Notes: a model not told the origin generated them from the letters alone. 61,719 nucleotides of DNA from a virus (IMGVR_UViG_3300030389_002537:1-61719), one strand, 5' to 3'. Positions 10,147 through 23,341 are shown, counted from the first letter of the stretch. Numbers and translations: made by a program.

Positions 10147-11739
10147 ATGGAGAATAAATATTACGATTATCTAAAACCACAGCTACCTGGTCAGAGTTTT
10201 TCTGACATGGTAAATCAACAGCTGCAGATTGTTCAACAACAACAGCAGCAGAGGCTAGCGCAAGATATGCTGATTGAAAGAGAGCAGCGTAAAATTTTAG
10301 ATGAACAACAGAAACAGCTTTTAGGGTTTGATCCATCTAATTTTTCTGATGTTGACAAGCAGGTTTTTGCTGGTAAGAAAGAATGGTTGGCCGAAAGAAT
10401 AAATGGATTCTACTATACAGGAGCTAACAGGTCTCAATTTGTTGAGGACGTAAACTCATTAAAATCACTGTACGAAGGTCTTGAGACTCACCACGAAAAC
10501 ACAAAAACTGAGCGTGAAAATTTAGAAGGTTTTATATCTGGCACAAAACAATGGACAGATAAAACAATGCAGCTTGGAGACACAAAAGAATCTCTAGATT
10601 ATAAAGTTGCTCAATGGAATACATCAGGTGTTGAACCCGAATCTATAGAGTTTGATCCAGCAACAGGTGATGCGTATGGATACTACACAGACATTAACGG
10701 TATGAGAATGCAGGGTGAAGACGGGGCCGATATGTTTGGGCTGGTTGCAGAGGCACCGACTCGTGGATCTAAGGAGTATTTTTCACCAACCGTATCCCCA
10801 TATCAGAACCTTTTACCTGGTGCGTTTTCTAAAACATACTCAGCGGGCGCAACAAGGCTAAAGAACAATCAGAATCTAACGTATGATCAGAAACTAGCAG
10901 AGCTAAGAGAGTGGGTTACGTTTGATGCTATGAATAACCCTTCTGTTGCGGCAACGGCAAGATCTCAGTTTGCACAGAACTACGGGGAGGATGTGTTTGA
11001 ATCGTATTTAGCTACAGACCAACAAAAAGGTGCAGGACAAGAAGGTTATATACCTATTGACATGCGTGAGTATATTGATGAAACAATGCGGTTCTTGGAG
11101 GGTAACTTGATGGAGCAACCGAGCAAAAAAGAAGACAAAGGTCCATCTGTATTTCCGTCATCTGTACAATTTAAAATTGATGACTTTGTTAAGCCTGGAT
11201 CTGGTTTTGTTGGTCCAACTTTACCAGGATCTGAAGATGAAGATGATAAGTTCGGTAGCGGAATAAGTAGTCTTATGGTGCCTAGGTCTGGTGTAGGTAA
11301 ATCAACAGTAATGGTTGAAAGCTCATACATACCTCAAAGCGCTAGTGATCCAAGAGCAAGAGAAGTTAGCGATCAATATAAAGTTTTAGGTGTAGCTGTA
11401 GACGAAAGCGGTTCTAATAATTTATTTGTGCGTGCAGAAATGTACGTCGAAGAAGATATAGACGCGCTAGATCCTGCATATGCAGCTACATTACAGGGTT
11501 ACGATATAAATGCAGATGGCAAAACAACAAACGTAAAAAAAGTTGTAAATATCGTTGTGCCAGCTATCACAGAAGAAGGTCAGACAAATAACGAATATAT
11601 AAGTATACTAGCTCAAATAGGTTTTAGCGCAGGAGTAAAAGACGGGGACAGGAGAGAGGCAATACAGAAGGGATTAGAGGTGTTGAAGATGTTTAATGAT
11701 AGTGAAGCGCAGATCTTTGCATCCCAACCTGCCCCTTAA
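10147..11739 (+). CDS. Putative internal virion / ejection protein
   Basis: 530 aa; helical Gln-rich N-terminus; lies between the pilot-like and giant proteins. Confidence 0.5.
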   Translation: MENKYYDYLKPQLPGQSFSDMVNQQLQIVQQQQQQRLAQDMLIEREQRKILDEQQKQLLGFDPSNFSDVDKQVFAGKKEWLAERINGFYYTGANRSQFVEDVNSLKSLYEGLETHHENTKTERENLEGFISGTKQWTDKTMQLGDTKESLDYKVAQWNTSGVEPESIEFDPATGDAYGYYTDINGMRMQGEDGADMFGLVAEAPTRGSKEYFSPTVSPYQNLLPGAFSKTYSAGATRLKNNQNLTYDQKLAELREWVTFDAMNNPSVAATARSQFAQNYGEDVFESYLATDQQKGAGQEGYIPIDMREYIDETMRFLEGNLMEQPSKKEDKGPSVFPSSVQFKIDDFVKPGSGFVGPTLPGSEDEDDKFGSGISSLMVPRSGVGKSTVMVESSYIPQSASDPRAREVSDQYKVLGVAVDESGSNNLFVRAEMYVEEDIDALDPAYAATLQGYDINADGKTTNVKKVVNIVVPAITEEGQTNNEYISILAQIGFSAGVKDGDRREAIQKGLEVLKMFNDSEAQIFASQPAP

Positions 11740-11744
11740 TTTAG

Positions 11745-11752
11745 TATATTTG
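11745..11752 (+). promoter_or_regulatory. -7 promoter element TATATTTG
   Basis: Intergenic, 15 nt before ATG 11768. Confidence 0.65.
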
Positions 11753-11767
11753 TAAAAAATAACGCAT

Positions 11768-14700
11768 ATGGCGAGTAAACTTTCACAAGATGATAATAAA
11801 TTCATCGACGACTTATTGAACGATAAGCAATCTTTTTTTTTTAAAAGGAGAGCCAAAAAGAAAGTCAATGCAAGGAGGGGGTCACGTAGACCTCTACGAT
11901 CAGGTTGTAGATTCGGGTTCGAACTATCAGTTCATTTCGGAGGATTCTTTATTGAATACGGTTCCCATAGATTTGGACTTGGGTATACCAGAACAGATAG
12001 ACCTAGATGAAGACTATGATTTTACAACTCATCAATATAACTGGAACGATCTAGACCCGTCATTTGGTCTTGGTGATTACGTATCGAACCGTAATGCATG
12101 GCAAGATAATGCAGACTATCACGTAGGTGGATACTTAGATCCATCTTACCAGCCAGTAGTGCCTAATCAAGAACACTACGACAACACAATAAGCGAAATT
12201 GTGGGGAGTGCTCCAATAGCTCCAGAACCTCTTGATGAAGGACTTATTAGTTTGCTACCTCCAGAAAGCAGACAATACAGAATTGATCTTTACAATAATT
12301 CTGTAATAAAGTACAATGAGGATCTTGAGGTATACAAAACCAATCTTGAGAGCGCTGACAATCAATACAATAAACAGTTTGTTCAACCTTTTAACGAATA
12401 TGTAGAGGCGGTCAACAACGACCACGAAAGAAATATAAAGTTAGACATGCAGGGTAAAAATGCATTGAGCTATATATTTAGAGTGGCGAGTCAAGATAGT
12501 ATTGATAAAATGATTCAAAAAGATTCTGAAGGTAATTTTATGAATCTTACTCCATTTGGAACAATGGATCTAAGTCTCTTGAAAATAGCACCGCTTAATA
12601 ATTCTCCGTTTAAATTACCCAACGGTGAGATTTTAGATAGAGGAAACATACAGCTTGAAGACTTATATCAAGGTACTGCTGAAGATTTTATATCCATAAT
12701 AAACGAAGAAGCTGAAGCTGAAAAACAAAAAGCTATAGCGACTTTAGATCAAAAAATTAGTGAGGTTCAAACTACATTAAATTTAATTAAGACTCCTAGT
12801 AAAAAGCGTTCATATGAAAGGCAGTTAGAAGATCTTACTGAGGAAAAACAAAATATTATGGATTCAGAAACTTTTGGTTTCGACATTACTGCCCGTAAGT
12901 ATTTTGAGAATTATGTTTTTAAAAACATGATGTTAAGCGAGGATGAGTGGAGGAGTTCTACGTTAATGTCTAGAGGTAGAGCTGACGATCCAAATATAGA
13001 TATGGAGGCTGCAGGATTCGGGACGTATAAAGATTATGTAGGTAGACTTGAGAAAAAAATATATGCAGATCTACTATATAATAAAGAAGGGTATGAGTTT
13101 GCTCAAGCCGTAGGTATGCCGCACTTTGGTCTTGTGCTTGATGAAGACGTAGCCGTTGGCGAAAGAAACGCTAGGTTTGCTGACGCAGCTTTAAGCTGGA
13201 GGCAGGGTGTTAATCAGCTTGAAGGTATGATAGATGCTACTGGCGCGACTTATGAGCAAATTTCAAATCTTGGTATACCTTTAGTTGGCGCTAGATCTCC
13301 TGTAAATCAATCTCCATTCCTTAATGCGCTTGATTTCGGTATAGGGGCCTTTAACTATTATGTAATGGGTGGCAGTGAGGATCCTACAGATGAAAATCAA
13401 GCTATAAGGGACGCATTGTTTAAGAGAGATCAAGAAAGAAATAGAAGAATTTCTGAACTAGAATCGCAAAAAACAAAGTTTGCAGTTACAGGTCAGCAAC
13501 TAGATCTTTTAGGATCGGATGCAATACTTAACGAAGGCACTCGTGTAGAACAAATATCTTCTATATTTAATCAAGCTAGAAGAGATATGGTCTTTAGCGA
13601 ACAGATAGATCCTGCGATACAGTCTATGCCTACGTCTTTAGCTGTAATGAGTGTAGCGTTAGCAACATCTGTGCCTACTGGAGGTAGTAGCTTGGTTGCA
13701 GCTGGAGCTGGAGGATTAACTATGGGGACTCTTGTAACAAACAGAACATATTACGACAGTTTTAGCAATCCTATATTCTATGAGAAAAACCCAGACGGAA
13801 GTGTAGATTGGAGTAAGTCTAAAATATCAGAAACAGAAAGACATGCTATGTCATTTATGCATGGTGGTGCAGAAGGATTAGGTGAGGGGTTAGGTACATT
13901 TGTTACATTTGGTGTAGGAAAATTTGCGCTTACTCCCGCTAAGTTTTCTCCTTACAGCATGTTTAAAGGTTCTCCAGGATCTGTTGGAGTAACAAAATTT
14001 AGTGGAGGTAGAAAGCTTTTAGATTATGGATTTGGATTAACTTATTCTATGGGTATTGGAGCTGGAGAAGAGTTTATAGCAGAAGGCACTACAGGTGTTG
14101 CTCAAATGGCTATAGATTCATATTTCTCTGGGGAAACATATACAACAGCTCAGTATGCTGAGAGATTTATGAAGGACGGCAAAATAGGAGCTTGGGCTGG
14201 TATGGGTATGACTGGAGGTGCATACAGTGTAGGTGTGGCCAAAGCTAATCTTTATGAAAAGAATTTCGCTCCTGAGGTATACTCTCAAAAAGTATTTGAT
14301 ACATACACAAACCAATTAACATCAAGCGGTTTCTTTTTTAACGGTGTTGATAAATCAAAACTTAAACAACTTAACAAAGCTTTAGCTACCATACGTAAAG
14401 AAACAGCATCGGGTGGTACTTTTATGAATCTTACCGATGTACAAAAAGATGCGGTTAAACTAGCTACAGAACTTACAGAAGAACTAAATACATCTCAAGT
14501 AAGAGATGGGCTTCTTTTGCAAAACTTATACGATTCTGGAAGAGGGGATCTTGTTGCAGAGGTTGTAGCCATAGACAACCGCCTACTATATTTAAACTCT
14601 GTATTATCAGAGTACACTCAGAATGAAAATGGACAGTGGTTTGATAGCGAGGGAAATCCTGCAGAAGATCCTACAAATATGGAGCTTTACAAGGCTGGTC

Positions 14701-17700
14701 AGCTTCTTTCAGAAACAACAAAAAAACAATACAGAGCTGAGATGAAGACGCTTCAGAATAGAATGGATCTTATAAGGACCATGGCTGAAGCTGACTTTAT
14801 ACACTCACCAGACTACACTCCAGCAGCTAGAGAAGTAGGTGTGGGCAACTGGAGGGAGAACGAATACTACAACACAGAGGATGGAGCAAATTCATACTCA
14901 GAGGTTGTATACGACCAAGAGAAAGGTGAGGTTCAAGGTAATGTTAACCAAGAATATTCTGATATTATAAACAGGTATTCAGAGGCTGCTGCTGGACAGG
15001 CTAAAATAGTCCAGCACACTACAAGAGAATCTATGCTTGCTGTAACAGGAGATGCATCAGCTCTTGCATTCTACAAAGAAGCTACTATAGAGGAAAGAAA
15101 AAGCGGTACGATAGATGAGCTTCATGTGTATGTAGGAGAGGGTCAATCAGTGGAAAGTCTAGAAAGAGAAATGATTCACGAGTTTGGTCACTTCGCTTTA
15201 AGGGACATTGTTGCAGACAAAGAGACAAGAGAGAGTTTAGTTTCTCAAATATTAGAAATAGATAATGACAACGTAAAGAATACAGTTAATCAAGTCAGAG
15301 AAGCTTACCCTGATGTTAGTCAAGAGGTTCTTGAGATAGAGATAATAAATCACTTTATGCAGGACGTTGCTACTGGACAATTAAGTCAGACGGATATTAC
15401 GCAAGGGTTTGAGTCGTGGGGCTTGAACATAATGAATGCAGCTGGTAAGCTAGGTGTGACTAGCAGCGACGCTATACTAAGGGATAAAGATTCTGTTGTT
15501 AAGCTTGCCGCTAAGTATAGCAACTTTGTAAACAGAAACGGAGGTATTACAGGTATAAGAACTCCTGGTCAGGCACAAGCCGTCAAAACACAAAGACAAG
15601 CTGAAGCTGCTATGCAAGAGTCTAAAACATCAGACGGTGCTGGATTAGCTGCAAAGAAGTTTAACTACCTTGAGAACACCAAGATATACTATACAGAAGT
15701 GGTGTCTAAAGAAGGTAGAGACGCTATAAGTAGAATATCATCTGTAAGAGAAAGGACTGCAGATCTAAGTGATTACAATCACTTCAGAAACCTATATGCT
15801 AAACTAACAGGTAATGGTGTAGCTCCTTCTAGAATGAAGGATATATACTTCATAAAGGACGGTAAGAGATTTGATGTAAAGCCTCCAAGACCTAAGACAA
15901 ATAAAAAAGGTGAGGTTTTACAAATGGAGGTTCCTAAGAGGATGACCTACAATGAGAGAAAACTTGCTATGGCTGTAGAGACACAAGAGTATGAGGATAT
16001 GTTAGCTCAAGAAAGAGCAGATCTTATGGGGGAGGTTGGAGATCTTTGGAAAAACAATGATAAATCGATTAGTCTTTATACTAACTTTCTTGATTTCAAC
16101 CCTACAATAAAAGGTGAATTTGATTTAGGTCCTAGAAGTAGAACTATTGAGTCGATAAACTCTGACATAGAAGATTATGTTATTGCAAAACAAAACATAC
16201 AGGCTCTTATAGATTCAGATATAACAGAAGACGATCTTAAAGCTTTAGCGGGTAGAGATAATAAAATTAGCAGGAGTGAACATCCTAACATATTTAATAT
16301 GATGGGGTTACGTAAAGCAGAAACACATACACAAAAGGCGGACCGCCTCACTAACAGCATGGAAGGTAAAGGTGCTGTATGGCAGCTACTACCAAAAGAT
16401 TCACCTTCTTATGAGAAACGTATACCTGATCTAAGATTAGCTACGCCTGCTGAACTTCAGTATGCATCAGATAGGTTTGATAGAATAGAGGATGAACCTT
16501 TAGATGGTGACTTGCTTGATATAGACACATCAGAACCTACAGGGCTAGCTGCAAGATCTATAAATTATGATAAGAGAAAAGCTATATTTAAAGGTGTTAC
16601 TGCTGAAAACTTTAATGATTTTGTAAACGGCAAAATAAAATCTGGTAGCATACAAAGCTTTGAAGACCTTAAGAATTTAATGAGAGAAGCTAACATGCTT
16701 GATTCAACAGGAAAGCTTCGAATGAGTCTTCACAACGTAGATAGAACTATGGTTGGTCCTGGATCACTGCCTGTACATGGAGATACTTTTAACTTCCATT
16801 TATCTGGGGGTCCTATGGGCAACTCTGTTGCGGCTATGCAAGGTGCTAATATTGGTCACAACACCACAACAAGACAGTCTAGCATTAACATTACAAATTA
16901 TGCAGACAAAGCAAAACAAAATAACGATACATACTTATTAGGCCTTAAGTTACTTTCAGAAGAAAATAGCTTTGGTAATCCTCAGGTTTTTAAGGTTGCT
17001 GTACAATACACTTTGCAGTATTTACAAAACGAAAAAACGTCAGAAGCTATACAAGATTTTCTTGTCGATAGCTTTAATTCTTTCTTCAATAATAAATCTT
17101 ACGTAGCTGGATTAAGAACTACGAAAGAAGATGCTGAAAAAGTAATTAGTTTATTGGGTAAAAAGTTTCAACCATTTGGAATGGTGGATGGCGTAACTAT
17201 GCAAACTGGATCTATGCAGATAAATTCTAGACAAGGACTAATTAATTTCTTAGAAGAAATATCAAACGCATCTTTAGATGAAATCACATCCAATACCAGC
17301 TTTGCAGACAGAGCTTCCCTAGCAGGAAGATTGTTTAAAACCAGAGTGGGTTTATCTGCTCAACCTGGATTTGTAAGTCAAGAGCAGTTTTTAGATGCGG
17401 TAAATCAAAACGAGTATAAAGGTGTAGAAAACGGAGCTGTTGTTAACGCAACACTAATGGACGTTAATAATACAAACTTACACGGAATTAAAGGTGTATC
17501 AGGTCACTTAAAAGGTGTTGGGGCTAATGCTCTTGCGGAGTCTACATCATACAATTTTGGTGTTACTGGACACATAACAACATTCCATTTTGAAAAACCA
17601 TTATCTAATGAGGGTGTACAAGAGATGCACTCTAGACAGCAAACTAGCAGCGATTTCTTAGCATCACGTAGATTACCAGGCAGAATATACACACAAGGTC

Positions 17701-20570
17701 TTTCAGCTTGGGAACAGTCTACGCCCACCGCTTACGGAGCAACGCTTCAAAGGCTTGCTACAAGATTACAAGATAGATTTAGCGACGTGCTACTTCTTCA
17801 GCAAGATATAGAAGTTTTCAGAGGAAGTAAAGTTCCTGAGTCTCAAGACTTTGAGATGGCTATGGATATCATGTACGGTAAAGTTCGTACAGATCTAGAG
17901 GCCTTGGAGGTTGTACTTGCAGAAATACAGAGCTCAATGAACACTGCAAACCTTACGGCAGAGCAGGTATCTGATTATCTATATGCTAAGCACGCAGAGG
18001 AACGTAACAAAAAGATAGAGAGCACTAGACCTGAAATGAAGGATGGTTCTGGTATGACTACAGAAGAAGCTGGAGAGATAATACAAGAGTTAGAAACTCC
18101 AGAAATGGTAGCCATATCTAAAATGGTGTATTCAGTAATTGAAAACACGCGTAAGACTATGGTTCAATCTGGATTAGAAACCTCACAAGTTATAGAAGTT
18201 TGGGAAGGATTGTATAAAAACTACGTGCCTCTTAACGGATTATCTGCAGATGAAATAGACGGAAACAACTCATCGTATCCAACAGGCGGTGCTGGTATGG
18301 CTATCTACGGTAAAACCACAAAAGCTGCAAAGGGTAGAGCAAGTAAAAGCGGAGTAAATCTTATAGCCAATGTAATTATGCAGAACGCTATGGTACAGCA
18401 AAAGGCTCGTAAAAATCAGGCTATGATGTCTCTGTACAATCTTGTAAAAAATAATCCAAACAAAGAGGTGTGGGGCATATTCTCTACAAAAAAACCCATG
18501 CAGAAAACCAACAAAGAGGGCAAGAGGGTTAACATGAATGAGTTTGAGATGAAGTCAGACAGACGCATGGTGCCTATAAGGGTGAACGGAGAGCAACACT
18601 TTATCTTTTTCAAAAAATCAGACTATGCAGATGCTTTAAACGGCATGACTGAAGAGAAATTATCTAAAGTATTTAAGGTGATGTCAGGTCCTATGACGTT
18701 TATGCGTAATGCATTCACGCAGTACAACCCGTCGTTCTTTGTAGGTAACTTCTTTAGAGATATACACGGTGCGGTCTTTAATGTTATGTCTGAGATTGAG
18801 AGAGAGGGCGGTATCCTTCAGGGTTACGACATTAATACTAAGAAGTTTACTTCGTCTCTTGTTAAAAGATCATTCTCTGTGCTTGGACACTTATTAAAAG
18901 ACAGTGCGTTTAGCAGAGAGATGAGCCCAGAGATGAGAGAGTATCTTACAGAGTGGGAGGCTGCAGGCGGTAGAACAGGATTCTCTTATTCTGAAAGTAT
19001 AAACAACGTAATAGAAAATCTTAGGGTTGATGCAGAAACTCCAGGTAAAGTCAAGGCTGCTACTCAATATGCTTTTTCAAAACCAAAACAATTTTTCCAG
19101 TATGTAGCTAATGTAAACGAAGCATTCGAGAACAGTATAAGGCTGGCTGCATATATAGAAGCTAGAGAGGCAGGGGTAACTAAGCAAAGGGCAGCTCAGC
19201 TATCTAAAAATATCACCATAAACTTTAACAAGTCTGGTGAATTGGGACCGTCTCTTAATCAGACATTCCTGTTCTTTAACGCTGCGGTGCAAGGTGCTAA
19301 CAGATTTAGCAGAACATTCGCAACATTAAAAGCAGAACTACCAAATAATCCAGACGAAACTACAAGCTGGAAGAACAGAGTTACAAGCGCACAAAAAGTT
19401 GCAGCTGGTATGGTTTTACTTTCAGGACTTCAGACTATATTGAATATGTCTTTATCTGGAAGAGATGATGATGGAGAATTATACTACAATAAAATACCAG
19501 AGTATAAAAAAGAGAGAGGATTTATTATATGTTACGGATCAGGACCTAATGACTACATCTCTATACCTTTAGGATACGGCTACAATATGTTTAATGTTTT
19601 TGGCATGCTGCTAGCGGAGGTATCTGCAGGTGCTAGACATTACGACGACGCTCTTGTTGACTTTGGTTTATCTTCTTACAGCGCATTCTCTCCTATAGCA
19701 ATGGGTAATACCGACGAGCTTGGACCAGCAATTTTAAAGTCACTTACCCCAACAGTAGCAAAAGCTCCTTTAGATGCTTTCGCTTGGAACGAGACTTATT
19801 TTGGTGGTAAAGTTTTCCAAGAGCAGTTCCCGTTTGGGGCTGAGACTCCAGTATCAACAATGTCGTTTAGATCACCAGATGTTGTACAAGATTTATTTGT
19901 AGGGCTGCATGAAATGACTGGCGGTAGAACGTATATTGACGGAACTCTTGAAGTGAATCCAGATCCTTATTACTACATAGCTTCATCATATTGGGGCGGA
20001 GCTGGTGATTTTGTAATGGATGTAACAACCTTAGGTAGAAGTGCTTACGTAACTGGAGCTAGAAAGTATAATGCTCTTATAAGCACTAGAACTAACGAAG
20101 AGTTTATAGAAACCCTATTCAAAACTCCTCAAGAAGACAGGCCAGTTATAAGATTCAATGACGTACCTATTGTTAAAACTATATATGGTGCAGGAGCATC
20201 TAGGTTCTATGACTTTGATTTATACGAAAAGAATGTATACGAGGTTTTACAATTTGATAAGGAACTTCGTAAAGGTACTGTTGAATCAAGAAAAGGGGTT
20301 GACTTTACAGGAATACAAGCTTTAAAGAAAGAGTATTTAAAAGTAGAAGAAGCTTTAAAAGTTATAAGAGAAGAAAAGAAAAAAGCTAGGGATATTGAAG
20401 ACTATATTGATAGAAGCAACAGAGCGTATCAATTGCAAGAAGCTGAGCGTCAGTTAGTAACTATATTCAATGCGAAATATTATCAACTAAGAGGTCAATA
20501 CCTCGATCCAAAACCACAAGGATTTATACCTATAAACGATATTAGAAAAATACTAGGAACAGATGAGTAA
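11768..20570 (+). CDS. Giant polyvalent ejection protein (zincin metallopeptidase motif, LPD38-like C-terminus); true start probably 11768 with a frameshift at the T10 tract
   Basis: 2900-aa ORF 11868-20570; HEFGH at 15177-15191; Gly-rich membrane-like segments; C-terminal NFNKSG, FLFFNAAVQG and IPLGYG motifs; removing one T from 11833-11842 fuses ORF 11768 in frame. Confidence 0.7.
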
Positions 20571-21000
20571 GAAAAAAATTAAAGACACCAAGCTTGGATC
20601 TTGGTTGGCAGAAAAAGCACCACAAGTATTAGGTGTTGTTGGGGATCTTCTACCAGACAGCGGTGGGCTGGGTGTGGTAAAAAATCTTATAGACAAAGAC
20701 GATACTGTTGATTCAACTGAAGCTCAACAAAAAATAGATGCAGAGGTTAGATTTCAGGAAAATGTAACAGAGCGCTGGAAGGCTGACATGGGCAGCGATG
20801 TTAAGCTGGCTAAACTTATACGCCCTGTTACACTTATATGCCTGATGGCTATGTTCATGATTACCATGATGATTGACAGCATGGATAACGTAGCATTTAA
20901 TGTAAAAGATTCATACGTTTCTCTACTTGAGCTACTTATGTTGACCGCCTTTGGTGCTTACTTTGCAGGACGTACTATTGAGAAGAAGGGGAAGAAATAA
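20563..21000 (+). CDS. Holin-like membrane protein
   Basis: ERWKADMGSD..KLIRP followed by two hydrophobic helices and YFAGRTIEK; last late gene. Confidence 0.65.
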   Translation: MSKKKIKDTKLGSWLAEKAPQVLGVVGDLLPDSGGLGVVKNLIDKDDTVDSTEAQQKIDAEVRFQENVTERWKADMGSDVKLAKLIRPVTLICLMAMFMITMMIDSMDNVAFNVKDSYVSLLELLMLTAFGAYFAGRTIEKKGKK

Positions 21001-21415
21001 GTCTATCCCTTTCTTCTTTAAGGTTTTGTATTTTATTTTCGTATTGAGATATACGTCTATTTATAACTGATACATCGTAATCTCTGGCTACGTTAGTCAT
21101 GTGCATCTCACATATAGCGTGCGCAGTATTATACTTCTGAGCATAACCTTTCCAGTGAGTCATATTTGTTTCGTGGTTTCTAACGTAATAACACACTGTG
21201 CTTCTGTCTCTACCCAAAACCTTTGATGTATTTGTGTCAGACATGTAGCTGCGTAGGACAGTTCCAATAGCTGCCCTTACTTGTGTTTGCTCTGGATTTC
21301 TTCTGTTTGTAGGCTCAATATTTAGAGCTTTATAAACTTCTTGGGCGGCTATTGCACCCACGTTCTGTAATTGTGTTGACTTTCTCATCGTACTGGACAT
21401 GCACCTGTTGCGCAA
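20975..21415 (-). CDS. DnaA C-terminal-like HTH DNA-binding protein
   Basis: VLGRDRSTVCYY resembles the DnaA domain IV RDHTTV motif; C-terminal coiled coil; start may be ATG 21388. Confidence 0.5.
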   Translation of the reverse strand: MRNRCMSSTMRKSTQLQNVGAIAAQEVYKALNIEPTNRRNPEQTQVRAAIGTVLRSYMSDTNTSKVLGRDRSTVCYYVRNHETNMTHWKGYAQKYNTAHAICEMHMTNVARDYDVSVINRRISQYENKIQNLKEERDRLISSPSSQ

Positions 21416-23277
21416 TCTTGAATATCTATATCTTCCATGTTAATATCATGTATAGATGTTATTGGCGTGCATTGTGATTTAATTTTATTATATGTTTTCT
21501 TATCTATTTCTTCAAGCGGAGCTTGATCAAAGCCATGGTCGTTGTGTAATAGGAATGACACGGACTTTACATTTACGTAGTTCTCGCGTAACCACGCTTT
21601 AATTTCATCTAATTCTTCTTTCCTATAGTAAACGGTCACTGACACTGAGTTATCGCTCCATTCAGCCTGTAATCGCTTTATAACCTCAAGTTGATCTACT
21701 GCTGACATATCGGCCGCAAACTTAGTGCCTTTTGGAAACTTACATGGAAACTCTACAACGACTGTAGAATGATCCTCTGTGCCGTCAAAGTTTCTTACAT
21801 ATTCTATGCGAAAGCCATTGTTTCTGCACACGCTGACCAACTCGCTATCAGCAGACATTCGTATTCGCCTAATGTAGTATTCGGAATATCCAGGGTGTGC
21901 TCCTGGTGTAACGCCAGCAAGTAAACTAAGCGTTCCTGATGGTTTAACTGTTGTAAGTTTAATAGATGTTGGGAATCCCGCATCTCTAGAGTAAGTTCTA
22001 TCATATTCACGTAGGTAAATATAGCAACTTTCGAGCCAACTACGTTGTTCTTCTGTTGCCTGTAAATAACCTGTCACACCTATACCCATTCTCATGTGTC
22101 TGTGGACAATATGTTCTGTCTCTTTGACAGCACACCTTATAGACAAGCTGTGCTTGTTGATGCGGTACAGGTAGACAGCTACCTTTTTAAGTTCTTTTTC
22201 TGACTCTATATTCGGTAAATATATTTCAGCTAGACAACATGTCTCAAACGGAGCTAGAGATTGCTCTGCACATGGATTATAACCCATTACATCTGGATCA
22301 GGGTATTGCATCTCACCTGTCCTACCCATACGCCTTGAAGCTTCTAGATTAATTAAGCCATACGGTTCTCCGTTACCTTCGTAGCCACCCCAGAACTCAT
22401 CAGGCAGTTGATCTATATCATCACACACCACTGAGTTATTTGACATCGCCCTCCAGTTAGGTATACCGCCTAGGTCCCATCGCTTTGCACGTAGATATTC
22501 TAGATCGTCATGATCTCCTAATGCAATCTGAGCTGATCGTCTTACATTACCAGCCACAACTATCTTACCTATAATGTTCATAATATCAAGACAATCAATA
22601 GGTTGTAGTCTTTTATTAGAGCGATTGTTTAAGATGTTATTAATTTCTTGCATGCCCCATATAAGATCCTGGCTACCTGAAGCTGTACCTCCGAAACCTT
22701 TTATTGGAGAGCCAGCTGGTCTAATTAAGTGCGTTGCATATGTAAACCCTTCACCTGTAACGAAGCTTGCTTCAAGTACACGTTTGAGTAATTCTGTCCA
22801 TCCCTCACGAGAATCAGGCACAATGAAGTCAGCGCCATTATCGTTTACGTTTTCTATCTTAACCTTACGTTTTACTTTTGGTAATTGATATACATGCTCC
22901 CTTTGTATGTTGTAGCCAACTCCTGATCCAAGCATAAGCATTTCAAACGCCCAGGTGAATGGACGTATAGGTTCGTCAACAACAGTGAACGCACAGTTTT
23001 GTAGAGAGGGTAAACCTAATTTATCTACAGTTTTTGTGCCAAGTTGCCACAAGAATCTACCAGCAACAGTGCCTTTTAGATTCATCATCATGTCTTTTAT
23101 TTCACCTTGTTCGTACTTATTGAAGTCACATCCTAGTTGTTTGTTACACGCTTCGACAACCCTGTCAACCGTGTCTTCCCACTCTTCTGAGCCTTCTTTC
23201 ATTGGTCTTGCATACGTTCTTTTATAGGTAGCGTATCCCACCTCCCCCCAGGGGATGTCTTCTGATTTGTACTTCAT
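21385..23277 (-). CDS. nrdJ: Class II (adenosylcobalamin-dependent) ribonucleotide reductase
   Basis: 630 aa; YKRTYAR, LQNCAF, GNVRRSA, NPCAEQ, ETCCLAE and TTVKPSGT motifs; no R2 subunit gene seen. Confidence 0.9.
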   Translation of the reverse strand: MKYKSEDIPWGEVGYATYKRTYARPMKEGSEEWEDTVDRVVEACNKQLGCDFNKYEQGEIKDMMMNLKGTVAGRFLWQLGTKTVDKLGLPSLQNCAFTVVDEPIRPFTWAFEMLMLGSGVGYNIQREHVYQLPKVKRKVKIENVNDNGADFIVPDSREGWTELLKRVLEASFVTGEGFTYATHLIRPAGSPIKGFGGTASGSQDLIWGMQEINNILNNRSNKRLQPIDCLDIMNIIGKIVVAGNVRRSAQIALGDHDDLEYLRAKRWDLGGIPNWRAMSNNSVVCDDIDQLPDEFWGGYEGNGEPYGLINLEASRRMGRTGEMQYPDPDVMGYNPCAEQSLAPFETCCLAEIYLPNIESEKELKKVAVYLYRINKHSLSIRCAVKETEHIVHRHMRMGIGVTGYLQATEEQRSWLESCYIYLREYDRTYSRDAGFPTSIKLTTVKPSGTLSLLAGVTPGAHPGYSEYYIRRIRMSADSELVSVCRNNGFRIEYVRNFDGTEDHSTVVVEFPCKFPKGTKFAADMSAVDQLEVIKRLQAEWSDNSVSVTVYYRKEELDEIKAWLRENYVNVKSVSFLLHNDHGFDQAPLEEIDKKTYNKIKSQCTPITSIHDINMEDIDIQDCATGACPVR

Positions 23278-23309
23278 ATTTTGTTATTTTTTTTAGATGA
23301 AAAGGACGG

Positions 23310-23341
23310 CTAAGATAGCACTAAATATCCTTTTTGTCAAG
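23310..23341 (-). promoter_or_regulatory. Bacteroidetes-type promoter for nrdJ (TTG-N20-TATCTTAG)
   Basis: -33 and -7 elements with 20-nt spacer; -7 has one mismatch to consensus. Confidence 0.55.

Noticed and set aside
11768-12010. Independent 80-aa gene
   Set aside because: Sequence after the T10 tract looks like an out-of-frame read; better explained as the displaced N-terminus of the giant protein
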